A stretch of DNA of 64,000 nucleotides from positions 28,357,012 to 28,421,011 of the forward strand of contig NC_068988.1 of assembly GCF_001194135.2 (NCBI RefSeq), read 5' to 3'. This DNA comes from Octopus bimaculoides. Taxonomy: Eukaryota. Position numbers and translations under genes: made by a program. Below the pieces are notes generated by a model. That model was not told where the DNA came from. It did no database searches and saw only the letters and a list, made by a program, of their open reading frames with translations. The stretch's first letter is position 1. Each line of letters begins with the position of its first letter. Below are positions 25,351 through 37,657 of this stretch, piece by piece.

Positions 25351-26569
25351 TCACATATATGAATGATGCTTGAGAGTTAAAAATGAATAAAGAGTAAAGA
25401 TAAAGGAATACCAAGTAAAGATAGAGTAATTTGCTAAAACTGCTGACTGGACAAGTGGTGGACCTTGGTCATTCAGCATTGAGGATTCACTTATTTCATC
25501 AACTGAATTATCTGCTCCTGAATATGTTCCAGTGTGTAACTGGCTGAGTATTCCACAGACATTTGTGCTTTTAATGTAATTCTCAGGCAGAATCAATGTA
25601 ATGCAGTGCATGTGTCATCATCATCATCATTTAACGTCCATTTTCCATGCTGGTATGGGTTAGATGGTTCAAAAAGAGGCTGGCAAGCCGGAGAGATACA
25701 CCAAGCTCCATTTGTCTGTTTTGGCTTGGTTTCTACGGCTGGATGCCCTTCCTAATGCCAACCACTTTACAGTTGTGTACTGAGTGTTTTTTTATGTGGC
25801 ACCAGCGGGGTCACCAAGTAGCTTGCAAGACAAAGCCATCTCAGGTGAGAGAAAGAAATGGTTGTGAGCCAGGTCAGAGGTTAGTGTATAAAAGAGGGAC
25901 AGAGACAGTTATCTTACTATGGTGGGGCTACTTGACTACCAATAGGACAGGGAAGGAGAGGAGAGAGAGAGAGAAAGAGAAAGAGAGTTAGAGTGAGAGA
26001 GAGAAAAATAAATGGTGTTGTACTTTTTGAATCCATCCAACAGGATTCCATATTGTCTCCATTTATCCAATTTCACTCACCATCATTATTGTTGTCATCA
26101 TTTGATATTTGTTTTTCCGTAAGTTGGATGGTTTGATAGGATCCATTGAACCAGAAGACGGTCAACTTCTAACATCTGCTTTGGCATAGTTTCAACCACT
26201 GGATGCCTTTTCTAATGCCCACCACTTTACAGTGTGTACTGAATGCTTTTTACATGGCACCACCAGCACCAGTGAGGTCACCATGTACTCCACAAGATGA
26301 GATCACTCGACTGATGGATGTCAAACTATGATAGAAGGACAAGAAGATGTCTTGCTGAAGTGGTGAATACACAATTTTTACCAGCTGGAGGAAGGGTGGG
26401 GGAGAGAGACAGACAGATAGAGAGAGCGAGGAGAAAGGTTTAGTGAAGGCATATCCTCAAGATACAAGGTGAATATGAGAGAAGGAGACTATAGAAAATG
26501 ACATCTGCCCAAGATGCCATGCAATAAGATTGAACCCAGGGTCTTGTGGTTATGAAGTGATATTTGCTA

Positions 26570-26940
26570 TCTTTCATCTTACACTTGTTTCAGTCATTGG
26601 AATACGACCATGCTGGGGCGCTGTCTTGAAAGGTTTTAGTTGAACAAATCAACCCCAGTACTTACTTTTTAAGTCTAGTACTTATTCTACTGGTCTCCTT
26701 TGTAGAATGGCTAAATTACAAGGATGTTAACAAACCAACACTTGTTGTCAAGTGGTGGGGGACAAACATAGGCATGAAGACACAAACACATAGACATATA
26801 CATGGGGCTTTTACCAAATTCACTCACATGGTATCGGTCAACCTGGGCCTATAAGGAGAAGACATTTGCCCATGATATTATGCAGTGGAATTGAACCTGA
26901 AACTATATAGTTGCAAAGCGAGCTGCTTAACCACACAGCT
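26570..26940 (-). mobile_element. SINE family A
   Basis: Homology to family A across its length. Confidence 0.7.
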
Positions 26941-27866
26941 AAGCTAAGCCAAGCCTATACAGATAAATATTCTTCAACTAGATAATCCCAAACTCAGGCG
27001 GGATGCTGTTTTCACTTACTGCTGTGTTTCATGAATTTAACAGCTTATCCCAGACATACATAATTTCCAGTACTTTTATCAACTACAGGAAAACAGAATG
27101 GAACATAACAATAAAAGTAAGTAAATAAAAAGAAAATCAACCATAACATGACTTTAACTTTGGAATTCTGAAATGTTAAAACATAATACGCGACCAATGA
27201 ATCACAATGCTTATTCTAGGCTAACAGAGTTCAAATCCCGAAGGAGGAGCATATAGCTAAACTGACAAAGAACATTCTTTCAGTTAATCGTTTATTTAAA
27301 CAGTTTACTTTACAAAATAATTATATAAACGGCAAAAAGAATTTTTTTAAATGGTATTGTAAGCTATTTGTTGACTGAAAATATTTTTATCTTTAACTGG
27401 AAAGAATATGTAGTAAGTATCCAGAGCAAAATTATATAAATTTTGTAATGAAACTTAATATGCTAAAGACAAGCATATTTCCTCAACTAATGATTTGGGC
27501 GAGAAACAAATTAAGCTTAGCGACATAAAGTTAAAAGAAATCAACCCAATGCTGTTGATAAAATATTTATAGTGTGTAGCAAGATTACTACTCTGTTTAC
27601 CAGTTTAAATATGATGTCAGAGTACTATTTAGTTCCTGTTTGCCATAAAGGTGAACCATTCTTGATATAACAAAACAGTAATTAACAAATTAATTTAACA
27701 GTAAAGACCACTTAGTATCTAATACTGGTGAGAGCATAATAAAGAACTTGAAATGAATATATTAGTCGATAAGAGGCACTCTGAAATGAGTCTGATGCTT
27801 AAAGAGAGAATTTTTCTCTGTGGCAAACTGCAGTGAAAATGGCCTTTTTATAAACCAAATAAAATA

Positions 27867-28086
27867 TGAGGGAGTGCTGAAAAGTTCCTGGCTTTAAAGG
27901 TATCGTGAAAGGCCTGCTTGGAGGCCCAACCTTCTGAGTTCTTTTACAGGGCTTAAAAAAAAAACTGAAGGACCACTGCAATAAGTGTGTGAATCTGAGA
28001 GAGGAATATGTTGGATATAATCATAATTAATTGATCCTCCTGTATTTTCTTTTACCCAAAGCCAAGAACTTTTCAGCACCTCCTCA
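27867..28086. mobile_element. Tc1/mariner MITE
   Basis: ~29-bp TIRs TGAGGGAGTGCTGAAAAGTTCCTGGCTTT / AAAGCCAAGAACTTTTCAGCACCTCCTCA, with TA on both sides (27865-27866, 28087-28088). Second copy at 58689-58888. Confidence 0.85.
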
Positions 28087-28311
28087 TATGTCCCAAACAT
28101 ATTTGAACTGTTTTAAAAGTTTTATTTCAGAACACTGTTCCACATGCCAACCATGAATTGTGATCTGGCCTTCCAGTTGCAGCACACAGTTAGTACATAA
28201 TTTCTACTAATTTCTTATAAGGAAGAAAAGGCTTTCACTCATTTCAGAGTTATCCTACTTGGTATCTAATATTGATGAGAGCATAAAGAGCTCAGAATGC
28301 ATATACAAGTG

Positions 28312-28588
28312 CAGTGATTCCAAAACTTTTTTAGACTGCTGCCCCCTTGACACCCAAGTCACATTCCTAGTACCCCACGACTACACCTACCACAACCACA
28401 GCAAATTCAAAACAACTGTATTTCACAAATAAAACTTAACCTAATTAACCCATTATTTGGGATTTTTTTTCAAATCCATTGTCACCTTTTGACCACCACA
28501 TTATTGCCCCACTTTTCTTCAACACCCTCTGCCCCAGATCTTTCTACCACCCCCAAGGGTGCAGTTCTGCCCACTTTGGGAACCACTA
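28312..28588. mobile_element. hAT (Buster/Charlie-type) MITE, decayed
   Basis: CAGTGATTCCAAAAC...TTTGGGAACCACTA. TSD TACAAGTG / TACTAGTC (6/8). Confidence 0.65.
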
Positions 28589-29046
28589 TACTAGTCCATA
28601 GTCTGAAATGACTTTGGAGTTTTACACCTTTTGCTAAAAACAATATTTTCTCTCCATGGCAAACTGTAGTGAAAAATACAGATCAATTATGTCCTTTCAC
28701 ATATTTGAACTGATATAAAAATCTGTTTAATAGTTATAATTGGATGAAGAGAAGCTTCAGTTCATACTTGAAGTCTGAGAGTGTAAGGCCTTATGAGAAT
28801 CATAACAATGACTTTATAATCCCATCACTATACGTCAGAGTGCCAAACTCTTCTCAGTTTAGCATCTACTTAACTGAAATTAGGTTCTTTGAAAAGAAGT
28901 AGCATGATGATACTTATCTTATTGGTGACAAATTTGTTAGTCGATAGTAGTGGATTCTGAAGCTAACAAAAAATAACTAAAAATAATTGATTATGCAGTT
29001 GGCATAAAAACAATATTAGTCATTGTCTAATATTATTTTCATTTGT

Positions 29047-29088
29047 TTTTCAGACATGTTTCAACATTATTTTGAACTCATCAGCAAA
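29047..29088 (-). ncRNA. Degenerate minimal hammerhead motif
   Basis: UUUG-CUGAUGA-GUUCAAAAUAAUGUU-GAAA-CAUG-UC-UGAA. Exact core, palindromic helix III, GUC triplet; helix II poor. Confidence 0.4.
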
Positions 29089-29424
29089 GCACAACCTTCA
29101 TTATATATGTTGCATTAGATTACATGAATAATTCAGAGATGTTTTCTACATGAGACACAATTAATTACTGTTAGCGTATTTTATAAACAATGTTGTTAAC
29201 TTTATTCACATCCTATAACCTTTGGGTTGTAGCACTGGAGCAGGACAATTTCAGTCAATGAAATTGAGCAGTTAGACTCAGGTCAGTCTCTTAAGAACCC
29301 TGCAGTCCTTATCAATAATTGAGACACCCAGAATTAAACGTAACCATGTACGAGTGTCTGCAAATGAATGGTGTGACATGACAAAGTTGAAATAAGATGA
29401 AATATATTATGGAGGAGGAAGCAT

Positions 29425-29875
29425 AGGCATGGTGGTGTGGTTGAGGAGTTTGTTTTGCAGCCACGTGGTGCCAGGTTCAGTTCCACTGTGCAGCATCTTC
29501 TACTAGGGCTCCAGGCCAACCATTGACCTGTGAATGAATTTGGCACGTGGAAACTGTGTGGAAGCCCATTGCGTGTGTGTGTGTATGTGTGTGTGTGTGT
29601 ATGTGTGTATGTATGTGTATGTGTGCCTGTGTGTGCACGCACATGTGCATGCATACATTTCTTTGTCTTTATTTGTAACCCTCCACCTCTGCTTGACAAC
29701 CAGTGTTGGTGTGGTTACATCCCTGTAACTTAGCAGCTTGGTAAAAGAGACCAATAAAATAAGTGCCAGACTTGAAATTTAAAGACTGGAGAAGTGGGAT
29801 GGCTTGTTCAACTAAATCTTTTCAAAGCATTACTTCAGCATGGCTGCAATCCAATGACTAAAACAAGGAAAAGAC
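29425..29875 (+). mobile_element. SINE family A
   Basis: Head, mixed (GT/GTAT)n, 3' part. Confidence 0.75.
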
Positions 29876-30236
29876 AGAAGAACTACATTATTACAAAGTA
29901 ATAATAGTCTATTTTAGCTACATTAATAGAGAAATTAATTAACTACAAACATGGTGAAATTTAGAAATATCTCCCTTGTCACACACAATCTGACATCCAG
30001 AAAGGAAAATGTTCTGTATATTCATTTAATGATTGTTTTTGTTATAGTCGTCAAACTGGAACTAGCGTATTATAAGCTCCAGTCTAACCTGTTTCTACTG
30101 ACAGCTCCTGCTATGATGATGTCTGATGGAGAGCATCCCATGAATTGCATATAGTGATCCTGATTGAGAAGCTAAACAGTTCTGTCACTTCCCTGAGGTG
30201 AACACCAAGATTAAGAGGGTAAGAACCTGTCGTGAT

Positions 30237-30600
30237 TCCATCCATCCATTTTCTCAACCCAATTTTCCCAGGAGGGTGGTGGGGGTAGAGACCTCAAGCA
30301 TTTCTTCTATAAGATCCTATGATGAGTAACCATTATTACACTTTCCTATTGGATTTCCAAGTGCAACCAACCAAGACTATGGATATTGTCCAAACACCTT
30401 GTTCATGGTCTACCTCTAAGTCTCCTGCCGATTGGCTCGGCTTGAAGAATCTGTCTTGTGATTCTTTCCTGCAATATTCTAATCACATGTCTGTTTTGCA
30501 GAAGTTTGAAATTAATGTGCAGCTTCTGGTTACTGTGAAGTCCGTATACAAAGGCCTAGATATTTACATTTGAGTACATGGTACTTAGAACCTTTCAACA
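30237..30600 (-). mobile_element. RTE-clade (Expander/Rex3-like) LINE 3' fragment
   Basis: Peptide HVIRILQERITRQILQAEPIGRRLRGRP*TRCLDNIHSLGWLHLEI...SLPPPP followed by a (GGAT)n tail, typical of Rex3/Expander ends from memory. Confidence 0.7.
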
Positions 30601-32049
30601 TGGATGTTGGACCTTGGCAGGGGTGTGTATTGTCACCTATCCTTTTCATAATTAACGTTTTGATTCTCTATTTAAAATCATATTTTAATCTACCCACTAC
30701 CTAATGACCTATTGACTACTCACCTATTATAAGTCAACTGATTTTCTCCTTAGTCTTCAAAATGTACTTTGATTTTTTTTTATATTCCTATAGAAGAAAT
30801 TTGTAAATTATTTTGTTCTAGTTTTTGAGTGTGAGGGAAAAAAAATCATTTCAATGTTTGAAAATAACTGAGGAAGAAAGGAGTGACTCCTAATGCTACA
30901 CTGAAACTATGAAACCATTTTTCATTATGAAAGATTTAGATATGAAAAGAGATTAGTATGTACTGTCTTGGGTCTTAGGACTCATAGGGCCAGTTTCTTG
31001 GTTTCTATAACATATAAGGGATCAATATTGCAACATTCTCTCTGAACAGGATGCCAACCCATTGTACGGCTTACTCATTTACAGCTGGAACAATGTGAAA
31101 AGAAGTGTTTTGCTCAAGAACACAATGAAGTTCCTGGTCCAAGAATCAAAACCATGATCTTGCAATCATGAGTGCAGTACCCTTATCACTAGGCTACATA
31201 TCTATCTTCACAACAGAAATTAGAAACAAATAATATATGTTTTTACATGAAAAGAAAAACTATTTGCACTTCAACCCTAACAAATCTTGTTTCACCAAAT
31301 CTTTGTATAAATCAATACAAAAAAAAAAAAAATTCAAAAAATTTCTGTGATAAAACTTTTATACTAACGATAATAGTGAAAAACATTTTGTTTTAGAATC
31401 TTGGAAATAAAAGTTATCTATATTCTAATCGAGGTAATGAAGTAACTTAAACATGTGATTTAGAATTGATGATGAATAAATGCAAGTTTGTGTGTGTATG
31501 GTGAGGTGCAATGGTATATAAGATATATGCATCAGTAGAGAGCAGTCTGTGGTAGAAAAACCTGATATGATTACAGCAGAATAAGATTAAAAATAAAAGA
31601 AAAAGAAAGGGTTGAATAGTGAGAGATCTACAAGACATCTGGATTCCTTGTTCATGTATTGATATACAAGCACATTCTTTTAAGGAGAGAATTACATACA
31701 GAATCTTGATATATGCAATAGCATATGCACCTTTTTAGAAAGATTTGCAAACCATCCATATTTCCAGTAAATCTATCTTTGTACTGAACAGGCAAGTTTG
31801 AGAGAAAGAAAAAAAAGTGTTATACAAACATTAGAGAAACATGTCAAACATATTTGAAGTAAACATATTGATGTAGAAGCAGGGGATGATATTTTTAGTG
31901 AGGGAGGAATTGTAATAGAATAGGTCAGCCGGTAGAGTGTAAAAGATATTGAATATCAGATAAAAGAGAATTCACTTGAATTTATTGCCCAATAATACTG
32001 TAAGGCACACTGAATCTTAGTGATATAAAAAAAGGTGGCACTGCTTCTT

Positions 32050-32455
32050 CACCATCCTTTAACATCTGCTTTCCATGCTGGCATGGGTTGGATGGGTTGA
32101 TCAGAGCTAGCAAGCTGGAGAGCTGCACCAAGTTCTGGGTTTTTATGGCTAGATGCCCTTTCTAATGCTAATCAGATTACAGTGTGTGCTGTGTGTTCTT
32201 TATGTGACACCACATGAGCTCTTTTACCTGGTACTGGCACAAGTGCTTTTTTATGTGGCACTGGCACACGACTCTTGCAGGCTAATCCTCTTTGCCAGGG
32301 GTAGTGGCCATAACACTTCTACCGAGAAGGATGGGTCTTCACAAGTACAGCATGGTACCAGGTATCTTAGTCCTTTGTCATCATGTCTGAGAGGTTCAAC
32401 ATCCAGGTCATCCTTCAGTACTTCATCCCATGTCTTCTTTCATCTGTCTTGTTGA
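32050..32455 (-). mobile_element. RTE LINE 3' fragment (ORF end + 3' UTR)
   Basis: KKTWDEVLKDDL...MMTKD*DTWYHAVLVKTHP, then the family 3' UTR and terminus. Confidence 0.75.
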
Positions 32456-32610
32456 AGATGAAATTACAAGATTCAAAATATGATTACCCAGGGAGTTAAT
32501 CTAAAGAGGAGAGACCACAGCTATGACCCTTTTTAGCTTGATGAGAAAAAGTTATTCACAGCTCAGAGACTTGGTCTGAATGTCTGCAACAGAGTTCGAA
32601 ATTTCCCCAA

Positions 32611-32656
32611 GACACCTGAAGAAGGCTGGAGGGTATATCAGCCGAAACGTTGTGTT
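32611..32656 (+). ncRNA. Minimal type-I hammerhead ribozyme motif in a Penelope-like terminal repeat fragment (~32480-32705)
   Basis: GACAC-CUGAAGA-A-GGCUG(GAGGGUAUAU)CAGCC-GAAA-CG-UU-GUGUU. Exact core, 5-bp helix II, palindromic AACGUU helix III, stem I ACAC/GUGU. Confidence 0.65.
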
Positions 32657-33226
32657 AAAAACAAACAAGATGAGGACAAATATCCGTCAAATGTAAATAA
32701 TGTATACATCTAAATTATTCTCTCCATGTCATACAACAAAATTTGTTACCATAATGGTAAAAGGTTTTGCATTTAGTAATTTTGATGAGAGCAAATGGCT
32801 TTTGTACAAAATGGAAGTTGTGTGATGTAGTGTGAAAAATGTAGGAGAACATGAAAGGGAGGAAAAAATACCTTACAGAAAACAGAAAATAGACAAGTGA
32901 AACTGTTGGTTTACATCTATTTATACAATTAAAACTTCCACTCTTATTTTTGTTAAGTTACAATTTATTCAACTTTGTTGACAGTGTTGAGAACAAACTA
33001 TTTCAAGAAACCAAAGTATCATAGAAGGTATTTTAATATCTACTTGAAGGAGAATGGAGTCCACTTGATTTTAAAAGCAGCAGACACACTTCATAATAGT
33101 GCTTTAGGCAGACGACATTTGCCTTCTTTTTTCAAAGTATTAGCAATACATTTATTTATGCAATATTATCTGTTTTTAAAACAGTATGACATGGGCAGAA
33201 ACAGTCTGGATCATTTACAGTATATA

Positions 33227-33657
33227 CTGCATTTGATGGCAAATAAGATGCACTTTTTTCCTCCTCAAAATATGTCTCAATAGTTCACCCTTGGTCCTAC
33301 ATGAAAAGCTGGGCCTCCATCTAAATATTACATGCTTTAACCCTTTAGCATTTAAACTGGCCATATCCAGCCCAAATATTCTGTTTCATGTTCAAAATAG
33401 CCAGATGCAGCCTCTCACACTACCCCACAATGACATTCTAAAAATATGCAACCCGCATCGTCAAATTCTTGAATCTACAAGCTAATGCATGATTAATTCA
33501 AAGCAGTGTGAATACATATGCATTACATTTAACGGAGCAATCTGAATGCTAAAGGGTTATTTATACTAAAAACGTTTTTTTCTGTTTTTCCTGAATATGC
33601 TGAAATTGGGGGGTGCATCTAATATACCCATGCATCTTTTATGCCACTGAATACAGT
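33227..33657. mobile_element. pogo/Tigger-like MITE, decayed
   Basis: Left TA+CTGCATTTGATGGCAAATAAGATGCAC, right GGGTGCATCTAATATAC...GAAATACAG. These resemble Tigger ends (CCGTATTT..ATAAGACGCAC) from memory. Confidence 0.5.
33341..33556. mobile_element. piggyBac-like MITE nested in the Tigger-like MITE
   Basis: TTAA-CCCTTTAGCATT ... AATGCTAAAGGG-TTAT: perfect 12-bp TIR, TTAA-type target site. Confidence 0.8.
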
Positions 33658-34331
33658 TCTTGCATGTCTCTACATTTCTAAATTCAAATCCAGCTAGAGT
33701 TACATTTGCTTTTCATTCCTCTTAAGTACTTGGGTTAAGTTAATCAAATGTACTGATCTTTCAAAGTTTATGACCTAGTGGCTTATCTTAGCAATCAATA
33801 GTAAGTTAATTATAATAATTTTTTTTAGTAATTAAATTTGCTTTATAATTTCACTGTAAAAGATAATCATTATTTTCTGGCTTTACTAGAAAAATAATTT
33901 TTAATTTCCTGGATAAGTCTTTCAGTGATACAGAACGTTGTTAAACAGATGCAACCATATTGATATCTTCTGCTGTTATCTGCTCTGAATGATGCTGCTT
34001 GTAGTATGAGCATTACAGGTAAGACGAACAGGATCTACAAATAGATATAGGGCTTAAAATAGATGAGGAAATGAAGATCTGCACACTACACTGGCAACCC
34101 GGGAGATGTGTTGCTTTGTTTTCCACCAGATGCATCTGTTTGTTTATATTTGCTTTGTGTGTGCCACATTTATTGCTGGCTTATAAAAAAAAAATTACCT
34201 CACATACACTAACACACCCCCACACATTAATTTAATGATACTCCATGTGTACTCATGTTTTCTATATACATCTGACTAGAGTTATATCAACAAAAGGAAC
34301 AAATGTGAGTGGGAGAGAGAGAGAGAGAGAG

Positions 34332-34415
<84 letters not shown>

Positions 34416-35325
34416 CGTGCGTGTGTGAGAGCGTGTAAGAGAGCATATGAGTGTGTACGAGTGTGAGTGCTAAATGAATATAAGTATATATTTAAACAAA
34501 TTATTTTTTCGCTTTTTCGTGTGTGAACATCATGCTTGTGGGAAGGAACATAGAAATTGAAAACAAAAAAAAATTGGAAGAAGGTTGATTTTATTTAGAA
34601 TGAAGTAACTCTTTCATATCGAACTGAACAAGAGCTAAAATACTTCTCAACGTTGGATATTTTGCCTTGAAAAATTATGACTATCAGCTAGAAGATTTTA
34701 GGGAGTTGTTCTGGACTAGGTGAATTTTAACTGAAAATTGGTAATCAAAGGACCTTCAGTCATGACCATCCCGAAAGTACGGTATCCAATCTGTCCTAAC
34801 TTAAAAAAAAAATATTGTCAATTGAATAAATATAGCTGTTGTTTCTGGCAGGTTGAGTGACCACAGAAGTTCCTCGGTAACTTTATTGAAAAAGGAGAGT
34901 ATTGTAGTTCGCTTGAAGCATTGTGTATTGTTTGTAAAGAATAAAAAAATAAAAAAATAAAAATAAAAACAGGAAAACAATTTAAAACCCCTGCTCCTTA
35001 TATAAACATTTAGGTTTCAAACATTTAAGAAATATATTTAAGCCAAACATTTCAAATAGCAAGGACAGTAATTATAATGAATGGAAGCGGCGAATTGTTT
35101 AGATGTTAGTGCGTCGAACAAAACGCTTTCAGGTGTTCCAGCACTGAACTTTTGAGTTTAAATCATTGAAACCAACTTTAATCGATAAATAAGATACCGG
35201 TCAAAATACATTATCGATCCCCATCTCTTTGAATCAAAAGGTTCGTGGGTAACCATTGAAGTAGTTCTCCGGGAATGGGGACGGGTTGAGGGAGAAACTC
35301 GTAACCATTTTTTTTCCCATAGAAA

Positions 35326-35356
<31 letters not shown>

Positions 35357-35361
35357 TACTG

Positions 35362-35626
35362 CAGTGTTTCTCAATCATTTTTTTTTTTCTCCTATGGGCC
35401 CCTTTCATTCCTATTTTATTCGGATAGACCCTCCAAACCATTCGATGTTTTAAAAACCATATATTCTTATAATTAAATATCATTCGGGATTGTACAAAAA
35501 AAAATTGTTAAAATATCCTGTGAATAGTTGAAATATAACAAATTTATTGCAGATAAATTTTAACGACAAAATCTTATGTGAACCCCGCCTGAGGACTATA
35601 ACATGGACCCCGGTTAAGAACTACAG
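35362..35626. mobile_element. hAT-type MITE, decayed
   Basis: CAGTGTTTCTCAATC...GGTTAAGAACTACAG, internal similarity to 9579-9825. No TSD recovered. Confidence 0.5.
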
Positions 35627-36536
35627 AGATATTGGGAGGGACTATGGACGGACTGATGTGCAACAGTGTAGCACGGGACAGAAAAAAAAATAATGAAAGA
35701 ACAGCAGCAAAAACAGAATTCAAATTACTAAAAAAAAAAAAAATCCCTAATCACAGTTTCAGTTTATTCTCCTTCACAACAGAGAAAGCAGACAATCCCA
35801 GGAAAACTGGATTAAATGACAAGAGATTGGTGCTGATATCCTGTTCGAGGCAGTTGACACCTCTCAACTGTGATGTCTTCTTCAGATTTCAACAAATGGA
35901 AACTGTTTCACACTAACTCGACCAAATTGCACATGTCAGGAGACAACAGATGTGCTACAGCCAACAAATAGAGAACAGTGGAATAGAAAACTCCGTATTC
36001 GGTGACAGGCGTGATAATTAATACTAATGAGAGAATATCTTTATTCCTTTAGCTTATGTATCTGCCCTATATATATCGATGCTCTGTCAATTGATATAGT
36101 TTAACTATGTGCGTGTGCGCACGTACGCACACACACAATTAAATAAATGACGAAGGAACAGGAAACTATGCTTTGAACTTCATTAGCTTACCGCTGTTTC
36201 TGCTATGAAACGCAGTGCACTAAGAGCTGAGTGCTTCTGCTTCCTCCGAGCTTCTAATATATACATACGTATATGTTTATACAAGAAAACAGGTGTTATA
36301 TTTATGTGTCGTGAAATAATGTAGTCCCAAGTTTCGGTGGGTTGGGGGCAGTTTTACTTTAATGTTCATCAGTAACGAACCACATTGATCAACTGAGTGA
36401 ATCAACTCTGTCAATTAATGTGGTTCGTAAATAAACAAACATCTGCATGAAGCAAATGAAGAATAAATAAATATCTCCCTTGACAGGCCTCTACATGTTT
36501 CAGATAACTTTCCCAGGAAAGCCTGCAATGTGCGTA

Positions 36537-36595
<59 letters not shown>

Positions 36596-37609
36596 TAGTC
36601 AATGTAGATAGTTAAATAATATATCCTGTCCAGAGACAACAAAAACGTACACAGTAAATAGGAACTCGCGATCATGAACTAAAACATGAGTGTGAAACCA
36701 ACAAACAGAAAGGTCAGAGCAATTAGTATTAATGGCCAAACACTGAAGCAAACTTGTTTCTCAGATGGTTCAGTCAAAATAGTTGGTTGTTTCACTGACT
36801 ATCCATCCATCCATCCATCCAGAAATATACGTCTTGCCAAGACGATAATTCACGTTAAAAAATTCTTAAATTTTACCTCAATTCTTTTTTTTAAAGTGTA
36901 GCTTAATTTGAAAATGTTGAAAGCATAATTAACAATTTAAAGACAAATTGGGGGTGGGGGGAGAAGCATAGTTTCAAAGGAAACACACGCACACACTTTT
37001 ATATGTGGTGATAGAAACTTCGAAGTTTCGGCCTGCTAGCCATCATTGGACAGGCGAGTAGGCCGGAACCTTCGGAGTCACTATCAACACTATTCTTGTT
37101 AAAGTATAATATATATATGTCCTCTACAAAAAAAGTATTGTGTAATCCTTTAGTTTAATGGAAAATTTTCATTATAACTTGACATAAACACGCACACACA
37201 CACATATATATCCAATTGGTAAATTAGAGAAATAATCATAAAAAATAATCATTAAACAGCTAAAATGAAGCCAAAATATTTACAAAAATCGTTATTTAAT
37301 TATAATTGATGTAAGTAAAACAGGTTCTTCAACAGTGAAATGCCATATTTAACAAATCCAGCTGAAGCAATGAGTTTGCAAGGAAATTAAGGAGAGTAGG
37401 TTCAACACATCACCTGCTTATAAGAACAGCAACAACAATAACAAACCACTACTTGGTTTAGCATCGATTCCGGCAAGCAATTTAATGACAAATAAACAGA
37501 ATCACACACAGAGACACATCAAGCTTAGACATATTGATACATAAAGAGAACACAGTCGTGGAAATATAAACAATAATAATATAAATATTGCACACAGACT
37601 GCATCATCA

Positions 37610-37657
<48 letters not shown>

